A stretch of DNA of 64,000 bases. Origin: Syncephalis fuscata S228. Taxonomy: Eukaryota; Fungi; Zoopagomycota. The notes under the pieces were generated by a model. It saw nothing but the letters and a program-made list of their open reading frames with translations, had not been told where the DNA came from and did not search any database. Made by a program: the position numbers and the translations under genes. This document shows positions 12,473 to 28,306 of this stretch, one piece after another (positions within the stretch are counted from its first letter, which is position 1; each line of letters starts with the position of its first letter). Where the stretch lies: assembly GCA_025786725.1 (NCBI GenBank), contig JAHLTZ010000039.1, positions 1 through 64,000 on the forward strand, in the 5' to 3' direction.

Positions 12473-15400
12473 TTATGAAATAATGTCGTAGACTTGGCCG
12501 ACGCGTTGAAGGAACCGATGCATCGTACGACGCACTTCTTTGGCCGGTGCCTGTTCAAGTAGTTGGATTACTTGCTCATAAAGTGTTGGCAAGTTACGGC
12601 GGAACTAAACAATACAAATCATTAATGAACACAATATATGTATACAAGTTAGTAAAGTTCAAATAGATATATGGTACAATCAAATACAGCTCACTACGTT
12701 TCTCCTATCTTCTCTATACTAATAGCTGGTTTGATACTTGCCTTATCGTCGGACAATTCGCTAAATGCCGTTAAAATACCTACAACGACCCGGGAAAACG
12801 CATCGGTGCGAGGACCAGCCTCAACACCAACCGTTAATAGGCTGTATCGATGCAGCGTATCCATACTAAGTCTAATCGGTATTAATGATTCAAAATGATT
12901 TGACAATACATTATATTGTAAGTATATATATATATATATGCGTGTGTGCGTGCTACATCACCACCCCTACTAATACTTACGGGAAAAGTCGTCGTTCTGT
13001 TTCGGTCTCTTGCAATACTAAACGCTCACTTGTATCCTTGTACATGACGAGTAACATGTGAATACATCCAGTTAAACAACCAATCTCTTGTTCAAGCAAT
13101 TGAGGCATCAATGCAACAAATCCTAATAACCATAATAAAATGATTAGATCCGCTATAGATTATAAGTATGTATCATTTCGCTTACCAGGGTGACTTTCCA
13201 TAAATTGAATGGATTTGTTAAACTTTTGTGCTTGTCGGTAACAACGAGCGACTGCATCTACCAAACTGAATAGGTGGTCAACTTGCACGGCTGCATAGGC
13301 CGGACCGTTAAACATATCACGCACTGTTTGAAGTATCGTCAACTGCAGTGTACAGTACATACTACACCGTTGCACATCCGTCAATTCAGAGGCAGGTGGC
13401 GGTGCTGGCGGTGCTGTATTCGAATTGTTCTCTGATCGTTTGTTATTATTCTGATTACTAGAAAGTACAGCATAGGGACTTGTCGTCTTTAATAGCCTAA
13501 CAAATGTCATGCATACTTGACTCCACGTCTCCTCTTCTAAATGATTAACATTGCGTTCAATTAGTTCAAGTAAACAGCTACAACCAGCCTTGGCAATTGT
13601 TTCATCATCTAATAAATAGTCATAATTAGTATATATATATATATATACCATTACTGATCCTTAATTATTCTACCTTGAGATACACAGGCACATAACAAGT
13701 CAAATAGGCGGTCAAGTAGGGGACGTAGTATTTCAAAGTAAAAAGTAAATAGATTAATAACATTTCTTAATGCCTTAATCAGTGTTGTAGAGAACCAGAC
13801 GGTCATGTCTTCAGCACTGGCAAATCTCGATCGACGATTGGGTGATTTAATATCGTTAAAGATAGGAAATACAATGCCGTCAAAGATGGATGTCCATAAT
13901 GTTTGACTAAAACCGGCACCGTGTTTACGAAGAGCATCAAATAAAATATCCAATGCACTATTATAGATTCAATTTAATTCAGTATTATGTCATTATACTA
14001 ATAGTGCAAGTCTTACCGTGTTCTTACTTCCAAGTCACTACAATCCATAACTACTTCAAATAGACCAAATAGAATAGGAATCCATATACGTTGTTGTCGG
14101 TCATCGGTATGAATCTGTGATCGTGAAAAGTTGCCCGAAGCAATAAGCGAGTCGAAACTAGGTGTTTGTTGATCTGTAATACGATCCATGATTTGTCGGA
14201 ACATTTCAATTGATTGTAGACTGGATTAAGATATTGATTAGTCTTATCAAATTATTTACACTGAATTATTTACCTAATCTTTTGATAACGACCATTACGA
14301 CAGAATTCAATAAAACAGGAAACAAGATCAGATAAACTACCATTCTCAACAACAGCCGCATAATGCTTTGTAAATATAATCTTGACATTATTAAATGCCA
14401 TGGTTACAATTGATTCTAATTCATATTATTATTATTATTATTATTTAGTATACTATTTCTAACAAGTAATTACCATCCATATCTTTGGCTGCTTCCACAA
14501 ATGCATTTAATATTGTTTTCCAACCCGATCGAATATTATTAGATCGCGCTGCAATCATCTGATTAAGACAACGAATAACCTATAATATATATATATTAAT
14601 ACATATTCTATTCTATCCTTATAATAACCACTTACCATATCACGAATGGACGGATCTGTACTATGTGATATAATATGTACAAATGGTTTAAGAAATTCTC
14701 GTTGGAATTTGAAATTCGATAATTCTTCCTTTTCCAAAAACTTCATCGACAATTGACGCAAAGAATCAATGGCAAAAATACACGCATTCTGTTGACTATG
14801 ACTTCCCACCTAAACAAATAGACCATATAATTATTATTGTTATTGTTATTATAAATTTAGTCTATTAATGACGATACTTACTTGTATAAAGTGTTCACCA
14901 ATAATTGACCAAGTATTTGACCACTCCAAACGAATACGATTCATATTATAGTATGAAATTTCTACTAATTTCTGTAAACTAAATATTCTTGGATGATCAG
15001 TATGTGACGATGACTGAATCTCTTCCCAAGATATTTGACTAAGCGCTGCTACAAAGTGTTTAATTGCCGTCTATTCAGTCATATGGTTATCATTAATATA
15101 ATACTATTTATAATTAACTTACGCCTGATAATTGAGCACTTGTAGTAAATATCCGATCTACCATAATGACTACCTCTTGTGATGATGCCTCTAATGCTGT
15201 CTCTTCATCATACATAGGCTATAAACAATAGGGTAGATTAATACGTATTCAACTATTAACGGAAATACGACTACTCTTACCGCGGATTGATTAGATCGAG
15301 ATGGACGTCGATTCATTGGTGTAGATATAGTTGCATCACCTTTTGCCCTATGAGATAGCTCGGGCACTTTATCTTCATCAACACCACCGGTAGTAATAAG

Positions 15401-18400
15401 CTGTACCCGTTCCAGTCGACTAACACAATACAGTACATCTTTCCACGATTCATTTAGTGAATTGCCTTCAGCCAGGGCAATTTCAAGTAAGCATTTAATG
15501 GCTTTGGCATTTTTAGGCTTCATTTCATTTAGATTACTTAAATGAGTGAATTTAGCCAGGGTTGATATAAAGGCATCTCGTGCCAAATCCATTTCAAATG
15601 CCGCCACAATATGAACTGCTAATTGGAAACCTTCAAGACACATGCGTATAATGGTCACATCATTTGAGTCTTGTAATGGACTGCTAAGTGCGGCAAGGAA
15701 TGCCATCCACGGTATTTCAAACATGGGTTTAACATGATCGGCATGTGAAGCATTAAAGAAAGTAACACTTTCCTGTATAGTGGTCATTTTACGTTGTCGA
15801 TTTCGACGCATACTACGAAATACCGCCTATATCCATGGTATCCATTATATTAATATTTATATAAATTGTTGTATTAAATACATTACCTCGGTCTTTACCG
15901 CCAATTCTTCTGATACCATGGCATATGCTTCTCGTTTCTGTCTCTGACTAAGATGTTCAAAGTCATATCGCTGTTCCACACCACCAGTTGCTTTACGAAC
16001 AGTTGAATCGTTGGCATCGTTCATCTTAATCTCATTATCTCTAATCTCGTCAAAGATCGCTTCCAAATAATCAATAGATATGTCGGCACCATCATTAATG
16101 CCTCGATTATTACGTATAAATTCTTCTTTGGTCATTCGCTTTTTAATTTGTCGATTATGTTGATCGGTGTTAAGCAGTATCACCGAGTAGGCCAGTACAT
16201 AGGCCGCATCTATTAAAATTACAAATATAATATAACAGCCAATCTATTAGTAATCTATTTAATCGTAATTACCACACACACACTCTCTCTCGCTCTCCTC
16301 TTTCTTACCGGCATTGGCAAACTCTCCTAGATTGTACATAACATAACGTTCAGCGAATTTAAGCATAAATCGATCAATTTTCTGTGCTTCTCCAGGAAGA
16401 CGAAATGATTGTAGAAATATTCTTAATGCTGATACAAAGCTTAAATTACGGAAATCCATCATATCAACAAAAGCATGCATAATAGCAATATTCTCAGTTT
16501 CACTATATAGATATAGATATAGATATTAATATTAATATTAATAAAAGACTTTATACTATAACTTACCCTTCACCCAAGTATTCACCAATCATTGTCTTAT
16601 CAAGTCCATCGGTATTTAGTAAAAAGTGAGCAACATCTTGAGGACTATTACTTGGAATAATACCCGAATCAAGTAATGTTCGAATGCCCTAATATATATA
16701 CATATATATATATACATATAGATTACTATGATGATAATGAATAATTAGGCTTCTATAAAACTTACCTTTTTAGGCTTCCATGCAAACAATCGAACACCAT
16801 CTTCAAGTCGTTGCTTTCGCTGTTTCCGATGACTAAAGTGCTCAGGATCATCATTTGTAATGGTCGAAGTAGTATCGGGTCCATTAGATGGCTGTGGAGA
16901 TTCTTCGGCCACCATAATAGAATCAGTATCACCCGGTCCAGTACGTACCGTATCGATTGAATTACGCGATGAGCGATATTCATTGATAGACCGTTGATCA
17001 ATAATACTACTTTGATCGGTCGCGGTATGGTTATTGGCACCAGTACTGCCATTACTCGTTATACGTCCATCGCTACTTTTATCACTCCAATTAACGAGTG
17101 ACCGTAGAATGGATACCAGTGATTCCAGTGCTTTGTATCGAATAGATACTTCGGCAGTGGCAATGTTACCGGCTGATCCCATGGCAGCCGCGGTGGTTGC
17201 TAAATGGCCTTGTACTGATGCTGAAGTAAGTGGCATAGCAGCAGAAATAACTGCCGCAGCCGGTGCATTCTGTAGTGTAATATTACTGCTTTCATGAGCC
17301 AAAGTACGAGAAGTCGTTGTCTTGGACAACACATTAACCAGTCTATTTATACCTGATTAATATAAATATTATAGCTATACACTATTTACATACCGTTCAT
17401 AGATATTACCCAATGCTTCACGGTCACAGTCATAATTAAGATAAAGCTCAACGAGCATTTGTGGTGAATCACAAATACGTGTAAGTACACTAAGCAGAGC
17501 CAGTCGCTGCTGGAATGGTGAATTCTTCATTTCCAAGATAGGTAGAAATATTTCTGTAAAGAATACTTCAATTTCTTTCTATTTAACATAGTATCGTAGT
17601 AATAGTAATTAGTAATATATATATATATATATATATAATGTGTTGTATTACCTTTAAAAACATTCGGAAATTGCATAATACTTGCCAAAATAATTCAAGA
17701 GCACATTCAAATACTGCCGGAATAACCGATACCAAATTACGACTTAATGTTAGACATAGATGCTGTTTAATCGTTGTAATAAATGTAGTTGTCGTGGTGG
17801 TTGTACTAGATGGATTATTGGCATGGGTGGTAACCACGGCTACAGGGGCTAGAAATACTAGTTGATGTGCGGCCAATACATCCAATACTAAGTGTAAGGC
17901 CAGTAATTTAGATCTCATAGATAATGAGCGAAGATCGGTGGCACTATAATGGTTATTAAGGTTAATATTAATTACCACAGTATATAATAACCGGTATAAT
18001 GAACTAATTACCTATCATTAGGTACTGGTTTCATAGACAGTTTACACAAGGCTCGGAATACTAAATAAGCATCTCTAATTTCTACATCAGTCGATGAAAG
18101 TGATGAAGCTACTGAATCAGTAGTCGGTTGAGTACTATGATGCTGATTCTGATTACTAATAATAATTACATTAATGGTAAATATAAATAGAATAGGGCAA
18201 CTTACGATGCTTCATTCTCTACACTTGTGGTATCATTTAACGTAGATTCAGCTATTTTTTGTTCATCTTGTTCTGTTGTTGATGTAGTAGGAGCATGCTC
18301 ATCCCCTTCTTGTCCATTTAACCCTACTGAATTAGTTGTATCTTCAGAGTCATGGCCAGTAATGTGTTTCGGTGCATTGTCCTCTTCATCGGCAGTAATA

Positions 18401-20199
18401 GTAGGTGTGGCCAATTCACCTTCTTCAACTGAACGACGAAGTTTTGGATCAAGTCGAACTCGTGTAAATATAATATTGACCATTTGCGTTAATGTGCCTT
18501 GAGCAATTGTTTGATTGGCCGAATTACTCGATAACAAAAATATGTTATAGGTGGTACGAACAGCCCGTAAAAGTGTCGATTGATGTACAGGACGTTCTGA
18601 TTGAGACACCGCTGCCAATAATGCCTATAACATTAATTAAGTAATTAATTAACTAATTAATATTATAATTAATTAATTATCAACATTTTAATAGCTACCT
18701 TAATAATTTGTAGTGTCACTTTATCATCGGTATTCTCTCCTATAAATGCATCACATACCACCATAACAATATCATCGATAATGGTAGCCTTTAATTTCTC
18801 TTCTTCTATAGGTATCGTTGTAGCTGTATCACTACCCGCTGTAGTCTCTGGTGTTTTAGTTTCTTGGTTAGTATCTGTAGTTGATTCAGTTACCACTGTT
18901 TCTTCTACCGAGACGCCCTCATCCAATGAAGGTGTATTGACGGTCATATCGGTAACACTCGTTGTGGTTACACTATGATTACGACTACGTAATTGTTCTG
19001 TTTGACGTTGTCGTCGACGATCTTGTGCATCAGATCCAATTAATTTGTACGATATTAACTTTTCAATACAATCAATGGAGGCAATTGTCAATGGAATATT
19101 GCCGGTTTGACATGCCAATTGTAATGGTGTAAATACCATATAGATATTATTTCTATGGTCATTCATTATTATTAATATGTAAACATTACTAATTACTTAC
19201 ATCAATTGACGTGTTGAATCTTCCATAGCCAATAAATCTATTATTACCATTACCATTATTATTAATTAACTATTAAACACTATAAACAATAACCAACTAC
19301 TTACCAATAGCTTTCTGTGTTGCATCAACCAATTCTTTACTTCTTTTCGCTTCACGACTAGCGGCAATGATCTTTAATGCTTTATCAAGAAACATTGTAC
19401 TAGTAGCCACTGTAGGTGATAGTGGTACAGGTACCGATGATGTCGATGATGTAGTCACTGTCTCTTCTTTAAAGCTAGTCACTGTTTCAGTAGCATCATT
19501 AAGGGTGTTTATCGTGGCCGATGTTGACTGTCCTTCTATTTCTTGTAATACGGTAGACTCTATAGCTATAGATAATGATGATGCTCCATTCCTTTCATCT
19601 TGATCCAATACTTCTGGTTCAATAGACTTTAAAGTAGTTATTGATTCAGCTGCCTCATCAATAGTATCTACTTCAATGGTTTGCGTAATACTATCAACAA
19701 TCTCATCTGGATCAGATGTATTATTTGGCATATCCACATAATCAGTCTCTTCCAGTATCAACGATGCTTTAGATAACTCTTCATTATCAAGTACCACATC
19801 AGTCAAGTCTTCATAGATACTTTCCGCATCTGATAGTGTATTGGATATCATGTTCTGTTCATGAAATGATCCAATCGTGGTGGCTATAGATGGTTCATCC
19901 ACTGTTAACGCTACAGTGGCTTCTGATTCAATTTCCTCTACTACCACCATGGTTGTTGTGGTAGTAGTAGCAGTGGTAGTAGTAGTAGTCGTGCTTGAAG
20001 TACTATGGTGTTCAGTATTGGCTACATTCTTTTCATCATCGCTACTATGGCCATCTTCGTTTAAGATAGCGTTAGTAGTAGCTGGTGGGTCGCTACATTC
20101 AACGACCTCCATCGTAGGGGTGGTCGGTCGCGATGAAGCATCAACGTCGGATGTCGCTACCTCATCCACCGGTGGCCTATCACTTTGAGGCTGTGACAT
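12473..20199 (-). CDS. SEC7: Large ARF guanine-nucleotide exchange factor, Sec7/BIG family (multi-exon)
   Basis: Sec7-domain motif [32 protein letters not shown] motif [18 protein letters not shown] box YLNYDCD and HDS motif [19 protein letters not shown]. Confidence 0.96.
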
Positions 20200-20587
20200 A
20201 CTAATAGAACAGCAACAACCGCGTTATTTTTACAATACCGTCAATTAACTAGTAATTGAGTCTTTTCCGTATACGTCGTCTATTGGAATAGAGCGGCGGT
20301 GATATGGTTAGTAGTAGTAGTAGTAGGAGGAGGAGTGGAATGGTGGAACAGTAAAAGGAAGCCAATAATGTGTGAATAGGAGCGGTGTATCAATAAAGAA
20401 TACGATGATGATGATGATGATGTTGTTGGTACAATAGTTAATTAACCAATCAATAAACATTTTACTTAATTAATTAATTAACCATTGTTATTGTTATTAT
20501 TAAACATATTATGGTGGTTATGGTTATGGTCTTCTTTTTCCCTGTACAAAGACGTTATTGTTTACTTGATATTACTTCTTTATCGTC

Positions 20588-22709
20588 ATGACTCTATTGG
20601 ACCGGACACTTGTAGATTTTATGGTAACATTGGGCGCGCAAGCCTTATACTTTGCATTTGGTTGGGTATTTCTCGTGAACAAGTTATTCCACGATTATGC
20701 CGTGGCTTCTAGAAAACATACATTAGGCGTGCAAGCCGTCTTTTCATTGACATTCAGTTCAAGTTGTGGTCTATTTCAACTTATTATATTCGAGATTACT
20801 GGCTCATTAACTAAAGAGTATGTATTTAATACAGTTAGCAGTATCTATTAATTAAATAGCTTTTATAAATATCAGTTCTCGTTGGCTATTATGGAAGATT
20901 AATTTGGCCATTTTACTGGCTCTTGTTATTGGTGCCATTCCATTCTATCAAATATATATTATATTAGGCAATACTGGTGAAGGTATGTATATATATATAT
21001 ATATTTGATGATTGATATGTATACTTTTAAGAACCATAATACTAATAATAATAATACTAATAATACTAATAATAATAATAGGATTTATGAAGCGACATCA
21101 TCTTGTCTTTACCAGTGTTATATGGTGTATATTATTTACTTTATTCTGGCAATTAGGCGATTATTTTCCAATTGAAAAAGCACTCGATGGTGATCAAAGT
21201 AAGTTATAAAAACAAAAGTGCCTAATAAATACTAATTATATTAATTATATAGGCTGGTTATCAATGACCCCATTGATGAGTCGTATCGGTGTATTAGGTG
21301 TTACTATTATGGCAATTCTTTCAGGATTTGGTGCTGTAAATAGTCCTTACACAACATTATTTGTATTTCTACGGTATGCATTAATAGGGTATTTATTAGT
21401 GGTGATGTATTCAATTTTGATTAGTAAGATAGATATGGCCGATGTACAAGCAACAGAACGTAAACTCGGTCAACTTGTGGATACATTAATTGGTAAACGT
21501 AAACGGATTGTTACGGCTCAACTACGACAAAAAGGCACAGAAACGGTAAGTGGATAAACATCGTTCTATACACTAATATAATATATATAATATATAATAT
21601 GTATGTAAATAATTGATCCTTATAGGCTACTGGTGCCACTGGACTTATGCGTCGTATGTTTAATGTAGCAAGTCAATTTGGCAGTGGAGAAAGTAATTGT
21701 ATAGTTTATATTGCCCATAGTAGTTATACTTATAAATAATTACGTTGTATTAGATGTAGGCGCATTAAAGGAAGAAATAAAACACACAGAAGTATTTTCA
21801 CAAAACTTATTCTTGGAATTGGAAGAACTATATACTGAAATGGTAATAGTAATGAATAGTGTATACTGATTATAATTATAACATAACATGATATAATATG
21901 AATAGGACCGTATTGCCTATGCTCATACATGGAAGGGACAATATTATAATGTACTAGGCTATATATTCAGTGGTTATTGTATCTATAAAGTATTTATGGC
22001 AAGTATTTCCATCATATATGTATTATTTACTTATTTAATGTTATATTATATATAGGCTACTATCAATATTGTATTTAATCGTATTGGTAAAACAGATCCC
22101 ATTACTTATAGTCTTGCTCTACTCGGTCCTTATATCGATGTAGAGATTGATGTACAAGCATGGTCACAGCAATTAAGCTTTGTATTTGTAGGCATTATGA
22201 TTTTATGTTCAATTCGAGGTCTACTTATCCAGTTAACCAAGGTAATTGCCGTATAGTATATTGACAACAATAGCAATACTAACTGTATTTAACATTTAGT
22301 TCTTTCGAGCTTCAGTTAGTAATGTATCACCAGAAAGTATGGTTTTATTTCTAGCTCAGCTTATGGGCATGTACTTTCTCAGTTCCGTATTACTTATGCG
22401 AATGAGTCTACCTGATGAATATCGGTAAGTGGATCATCTAGTTGATGTTACCACCATTCTAATAATAATCATGCTGGCTATAGAGAGATTATATCAGGTG
22501 TGTTATCTACAATTGAATTCAACTTTTATCATCGCTGGTTTGATGTTATCTTTCTGGTCAGCGCTATTTTCAGTGGCATTGCTTTGTTCTTTATGCATCA
22601 ACATTTTACAAATGCTCAATCTGGTGCTGCCATCAACACATTTAATGACTATAGTGAGCATACACTGCAAGGGGCGTATCATGAGACTATTGACAAGAAA
22701 CGTTATTAA
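20588..22709 (+). CDS. Golgi pH regulator / GPR89 (GTG-like) membrane protein, multi-exon
   Basis: Motifs LFQLIIFEI, SRIGVLGVTIMAILSGFGAV, RIGKTDPIT, QLMGMYFLSSVLLMRMSLP and FYHRWFDVIFLVSA. Confidence 0.92.
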
Positions 22710-22823
22710 ACAATGCTTATTATTCAATGTGGCACGCACCTACAATACATGCATGCTATCATATAATACAAATAAAAGTATAGTAATAGTAATAGTGGTA
22801 ATGAAAAGGAGTGCAAAGTGCCA

Positions 22824-25800
22824 TTAATTAAGCGTACCACGGCATTGTGGCGATCCACATAGACATGGAATCTTATCAATTTCAATAGGAAACTTGTAAT
22901 CATACGTAATTTCCTCTCCTTCTTCAATATCCTGTTTGGCATAAATAACAATCTTCTTTTCACCGTCCACCGTAATGATACGAGCAATACAGTTGGGCTA
23001 CCATCATTACAATTAGTTATTGGTAAATACATTATATAATTACTTACTGAACAGCAATGATTAATGAATCGAGCTACATTTCCCTTCTTTGTAGCATCAA
23101 TGACCGTATCATCATCAATACGGAATAGATAACTACTGCCAATACCGCTCTTTTCATACATCTTCTCTCGATGATCTGCTACCTTTTGTCGTATAACTTC
23201 TCCAATATATTCAATTACCATTTCCTTTGCCTCAATACGCTCCATGGCAAATAGACCCCAGGCATGAATAGAGGAACGAGCAAAACGAAGCTGCTTTTTA
23301 CGTACACGTAATTGATTGAATTTAAAGATATCTGAATCACCTGTTGGTTGTACCATAGATTGGGCTGCTGTCGTGGTTGCAGTTATGGCTTCTGGTGTAG
23401 CTGCTGCAGTCTTTGTGGCCGATGTCGTCGTTGATACAGAAGTGATTGACGACATTTGGGCTGATTGTGCACCTCGACGGTGTGCATCAATACCGACCAT
23501 CCACTGACGATGATTGGCCCGGTTTAGACGTGAAGTAAGTCGAGCCATGGCGCCCGTAAGAGCTATACGGCGTAGATCTGGCAATTGTTGATGACGTGTT
23601 GTTTTTGCTTTACGGGCTGCTATTAGATCTAGTATACGTGTACGCGCACATGTATCGTCAATAGCTGTTGTGGCTGCTATCGATGCTGGTTCAAGTAGCT
23701 TCTCATTTAACTTATCGCGATCATCAAAAAATTCTATTACCGCTGCTTCACCCCGTTCAGCCACTAAGCGATCAGCTGCTGTGGCAAATCGTTTATCTTC
23801 AACGCGTATATCTTCTGTTGATGTGGCGACAATAGAATTGGTCGACCGTTTGCGATTTGTCTTCGCCACTGCCCGTGCTGTAGCTGGCATAGCTTTGGCT
23901 TTTGTTTCCAATTCAGCGCCAGCCTTTGACTTGGCTGAAGATGGCAATTGATCTTCAACATCAATATCCATTTCATCTTGCGATAATTCAGCCTGAGCCA
24001 GTTTATCGGAATCTTTCATATCATTTTCATCGTCATTATCACTGCTATGATCGTTGAGTTTACCATCTTCATCTTCTGATTCACTACTGCTTGTAAATAC
24101 TACATAATGTCGCCGTTCTGCATCAATCGACGATGCACGTTCACCGTCACGTACTAGTGAAGCACGTCGATGTTTAGCAATGGATGGTGAATGGCGACGT
24201 TGTTTAGTCGGCCGTCCCTCCATAAACGAATCCCATTCCTCATCTTGATCTGATTCAAATTCAGAGTCGTAATTACGTAGACCATGTCGATCGGTATCCA
24301 CAGCACTTTCTCGTCGGGATCGACTTCGCTTACTACTACGATCAGGGTGACGATGATGCTGTCCATCAGGTGAAGAGGGTGTTGAAGAGAATGACGGTGA
24401 AGCGGTCGATATTCATAACTTGAACTGTCTCTGTAATGTCGCCAATTACGTTCTCGTGATGCATATTTCGTTTGACTATCTGATCGTTTCTTAAAACGCG
24501 GTAATGAACTTAGAATCGATGATATTGATGGATTATCGTCTGCTACTGTATCCAGAGATGTTTCATTAGCATGTGTGTGTGTATCAGTCAATATGTCTTT
24601 GTCCGATAATTCTCGAACAGATACACGTGTAGTATGTGCACTACGAACTGTAGATTCATAAAAGTCAAATATACGACCTGATATAATTTTGTTGGTAACA
24701 TCTGATAGAAAAGCGTTTAATAATGCCTCTTTAACTCGATACGATGCCTCAACGACTCGTCGTCGATCTATTGCCTCTTGAGAATAGGTGCTGTTTTTAG
24801 ATGACAATTCACCTGATCGACTCTTTGCAGTTGATCCAAATACAGTCAGCATAACATAGCAGGGCTCACTTCTAAATTCTAAAGCAAGCTTACGCCCAAA
24901 TAAATGTTTGCCATCCATTACTAAATGGCATCGACGTGCATCACTTTTAGAATAGAAATGGACATGCCAATCGCCATCATCTAAAGCAATCTAGTATGAA
25001 ATATTAGTCTGTTATATCTAGTATTCATTATTCATATATATATATAATACTTACGCCAGTAGGTCCAAATCGTTCAAATTCTTGCAATAATTCAGTAGAA
25101 GTCGTCCTATTAGGAACAGACCGTTGATCAAAAAATAAACAAGCACCGGATTTCTGTTAAGGTTTAGTGAGTAGCTTATTAATTATAATATGGCTATTTA
25201 CCCTTTGTACACCCATTTTGTATTTCTCTTTAATTGGCTCAATCTTATTTGTTGCTTTTACAGTTAATTCTACAGGTTTAATAGCGGTATTTTGAATAGT
25301 AGTCGTTTTAGTAGCTGCAGTAGTAGTAACAGCAGCTGCAGTAGTAGTAGTAGTACTGGTAGTTGGTACTTCTATTATATCCTCTACTGCACCTTCTTCT
25401 GGTTCACTAGGTGGATCAGGTGTTTTTTCTCGCTGTTGTTGCTGTACTGTTACCAATGATATGGATTGTGAACGTGAACGTGATCGACGTCGATGATTTG
25501 AATGTAGTTGTCTACCACGATCATTATCTCTTAATGGCAGTGCTGATTCATGATATGTACTAGCATGTCTACGGTCATTATGGGCCATTTGCTGCTTATT
25601 AAATCTATCATTTGATAGCGATTTCTTATTATCATTGTAGTGACTATGTGGCAATGGCTGATTCGGTAAAGGCGATGGCCAGCCTGGTTGATTTATAGGC
25701 ATTTGATTTGAATAGTTTGCATAATAGGCATCTGGCATATTTGGCATGGCATAAGACGGCGATAATGAAGAATGAGACACTGGCTGTGAAGGTGGATGAT

Positions 25801-27068
25801 GCATCCAAAAAGGCGCGTAGAACCCATTATAGAATACGGCGCAGATGGCAATGGTGGTGGTGGTGGTGGAATAAGAGGTGGTGGCGGTGGCGGGTCAGAA
25901 AATGGTAATGGCGGCGATACTATGTCATATTTATTGATATCCATATTATTACTACCATAAGCATGATTATAGCTGGATTGTATTTCTGTAGAATATACTT
26001 GATTAGATGATAATGATGATGATGATGGTGGTGGTGGTGGTGAAGTTGGTAACATATTAGCATGATAATTATTAGGAAATGGTGTGGTTATTTGATGAGT
26101 GTAAGGTGGCTGTTGTTGTGATGGTGGTCCGTTTAAAGTTGAATTTGAAAATATTACATTAGTAAAATTGGACACATCAGAATTGGATGTTGGCTGTTCT
26201 GTTTCAGTTTCTTTATCCTCTAACGCTTTTTCCACTGCTTCACGTAACTTTTCACCTGTAATACAGTGTTAATTGATATTATTGACATTATTTACACTAC
26301 TTCAATTATTTAATATTACCCGTTAGATCCACTTGAACAGATAATGTTTGTCCCTTTAACATATGGCCATTTGCCTTTTCGGCTGCAAACGCCGCTACTG
26401 ATCGATGTTTTCCGTGCTTTTCGGTCGCGGCATAAACAATACGGGCAATACCTAGGCTGCCGCCAGTACTTGGGCATTTTTCAAGCTTTAGTTTTTCAAC
26501 TGTACCGTATTGAGAAAAGTGGGCACGGAGTAGGTTGATCGGCAGCATAGTAGGAATATTTGCTACCAATATAGCTTCTTCCGATGTTGGGCCTGTATTC
26601 TACACGCGCAACTGGTCAATATCTACGTTGATATGATGGTTGTTAACAATTATAATACTTGCATTGAATCTCACAACTTTAAATTCAGTCACTAGAGCGC
26701 GCCTTCCCGTAGTTCGTGTAAAGGGTGATCCATGGCTGGGACGTGGATCGCGTATCTCGACAGTCTATTTAATATTGATTTCAAAAAATAGATCATATTC
26801 ATAAACATTTATATATGCATATATGTATATACAATAATAATAATAATAATATTAGAAAATACGTGCAAACAAGTCAATAACTGGATTTTGCCCCGAGTAC
26901 GCGCAGAGATAAGCTTACCTTGTCTATACACTCTCCATTAAACCGATATTGTTTCTTGCCGTCGCTGCTATCGGTATTAATTGATGGTAGTTGAGGATCA
27001 CTTACTAGCAGCCAGTCAGGCCGGGCTTTGCGATCAGCGCGATCAACAAAAGACGACAGCCCGCTCAT
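22824..27068 (-). CDS. SET1: Histone H3K4 methyltransferase Set1 (RRMs, n-SET, SET, post-SET)
   Basis: RRM with [53 protein letters not shown] and terminal [13 protein letters not shown]. Apparent 1-nt frameshift near 24375. Confidence 0.95.
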
Positions 27069-28306
27069 TATGGCAGTCTTCTTACGTTTACGCTTGCGCG
27101 TACTCTGCTCTTTCTTTTGTAGGGCGCTCTTTTGTTTGTAAACACAAAAGTCGAATAAAATGCCTAAACAATAATAGACGGCAGATAGATAAGCGATCTA
27201 GCCGGAATTGCTGTTTAAAGCACGACTTGAAGTGCAGTGCCAGCTGACGTAAGATGAGGAACGATCAATGTATTATATAAGATATCGATGGTGTAGTGGA
27301 CGTGCCAAAGTTCCAACAAGCATAGATGCGTACAGACACTCGTGCGCGCTTGAACGAGATAATAAGTGCAGCCGCGGAATCCGACTGCGACGCCACTAAG
27401 GTCGTAACTAACTACTGCAATCACACCAGGCGGTAATATTCGAGCGGAATAAGTTAGATCTTGCACGTTAAAGGAAACGATGGGCTGAGAAACTAATACG
27501 CGCAGACGTAAAATAACCGTAATAATAGAGTACGATAGAGGTAAGAAAGTGATAGGATTCTTGTGATAGATAACGGAAAGTAAGTAAATAAACGCATGTA
27601 CGCGCGCGCGCAAACAAAGAGCAACAATTACAAAACAATAATGGCTAGTGTCACTTGTATGCAGAATATAAAATATCTACACAGCAAATATATATATACG
27701 ACACGGAATGACCAGTTTAATGCTAGCCACGTCAGCAAAGACAATTAGCGTGGTGTTAAGCTTAAACAGGTATGAACATATGCGCGTTAGTGCGATGAGT
27801 ATTTAGTGTAAGCGATCTGTTCGCATAGATATTTGTTTATATATATGTAAATATAGACGTATGTATGTATTTTTAGACAACAGCATTTATCGAATAGTAT
27901 AAGCAAGATACGCATGTATAATAGATGAGCCACAATAAACGCTTTTTAAAGGGTGAAATATGAAGAATAGACTAGAAATACAACAAGTAGATAGATGTGT
28001 GTGTCATAAATTGAATCATTTATTTTTATCTACTTGACAGTATTTTTTATAAACTTTCAAATGATTATGCCATATAATATATAGGGATGAACGTAGTAAA
28101 GTTGTTTGTTACAAATGTGCAAAAGACGTATTAGTCATAGGAATAATTGGGTTCTTTATTTGTTTCAATAAATTTATATTACTATTAGGGGAAATTAGAA
28201 AATACGCCGTTTTTAAACTTTATTTAAAATTTAAATATTAAATTATTAGTAAAGACTTTAGTTTACCTTTAATATCTTTTTATTCATATATTGTATTACT
28301 GTGTTG

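Noticed and set aside
21036-21080. (TAATAATAATAC)n run and the many (AT)n, (TAG)n and (GAT)n tracts
   Set aside because: Ordinary intronic or intergenic microsatellites; the ORFs they generate are spurious.
24300-24420. Programmed frameshift or true pseudogenisation of SET1 (similar breaks in PEX1, the CAMK tail and the secreted kinases)
   Set aside because: Single-base losses are scattered across unrelated conserved genes and in one copy of the 500-bp repeat, which fits long-read consensus errors. Read-level polishing is needed before any biological claim.
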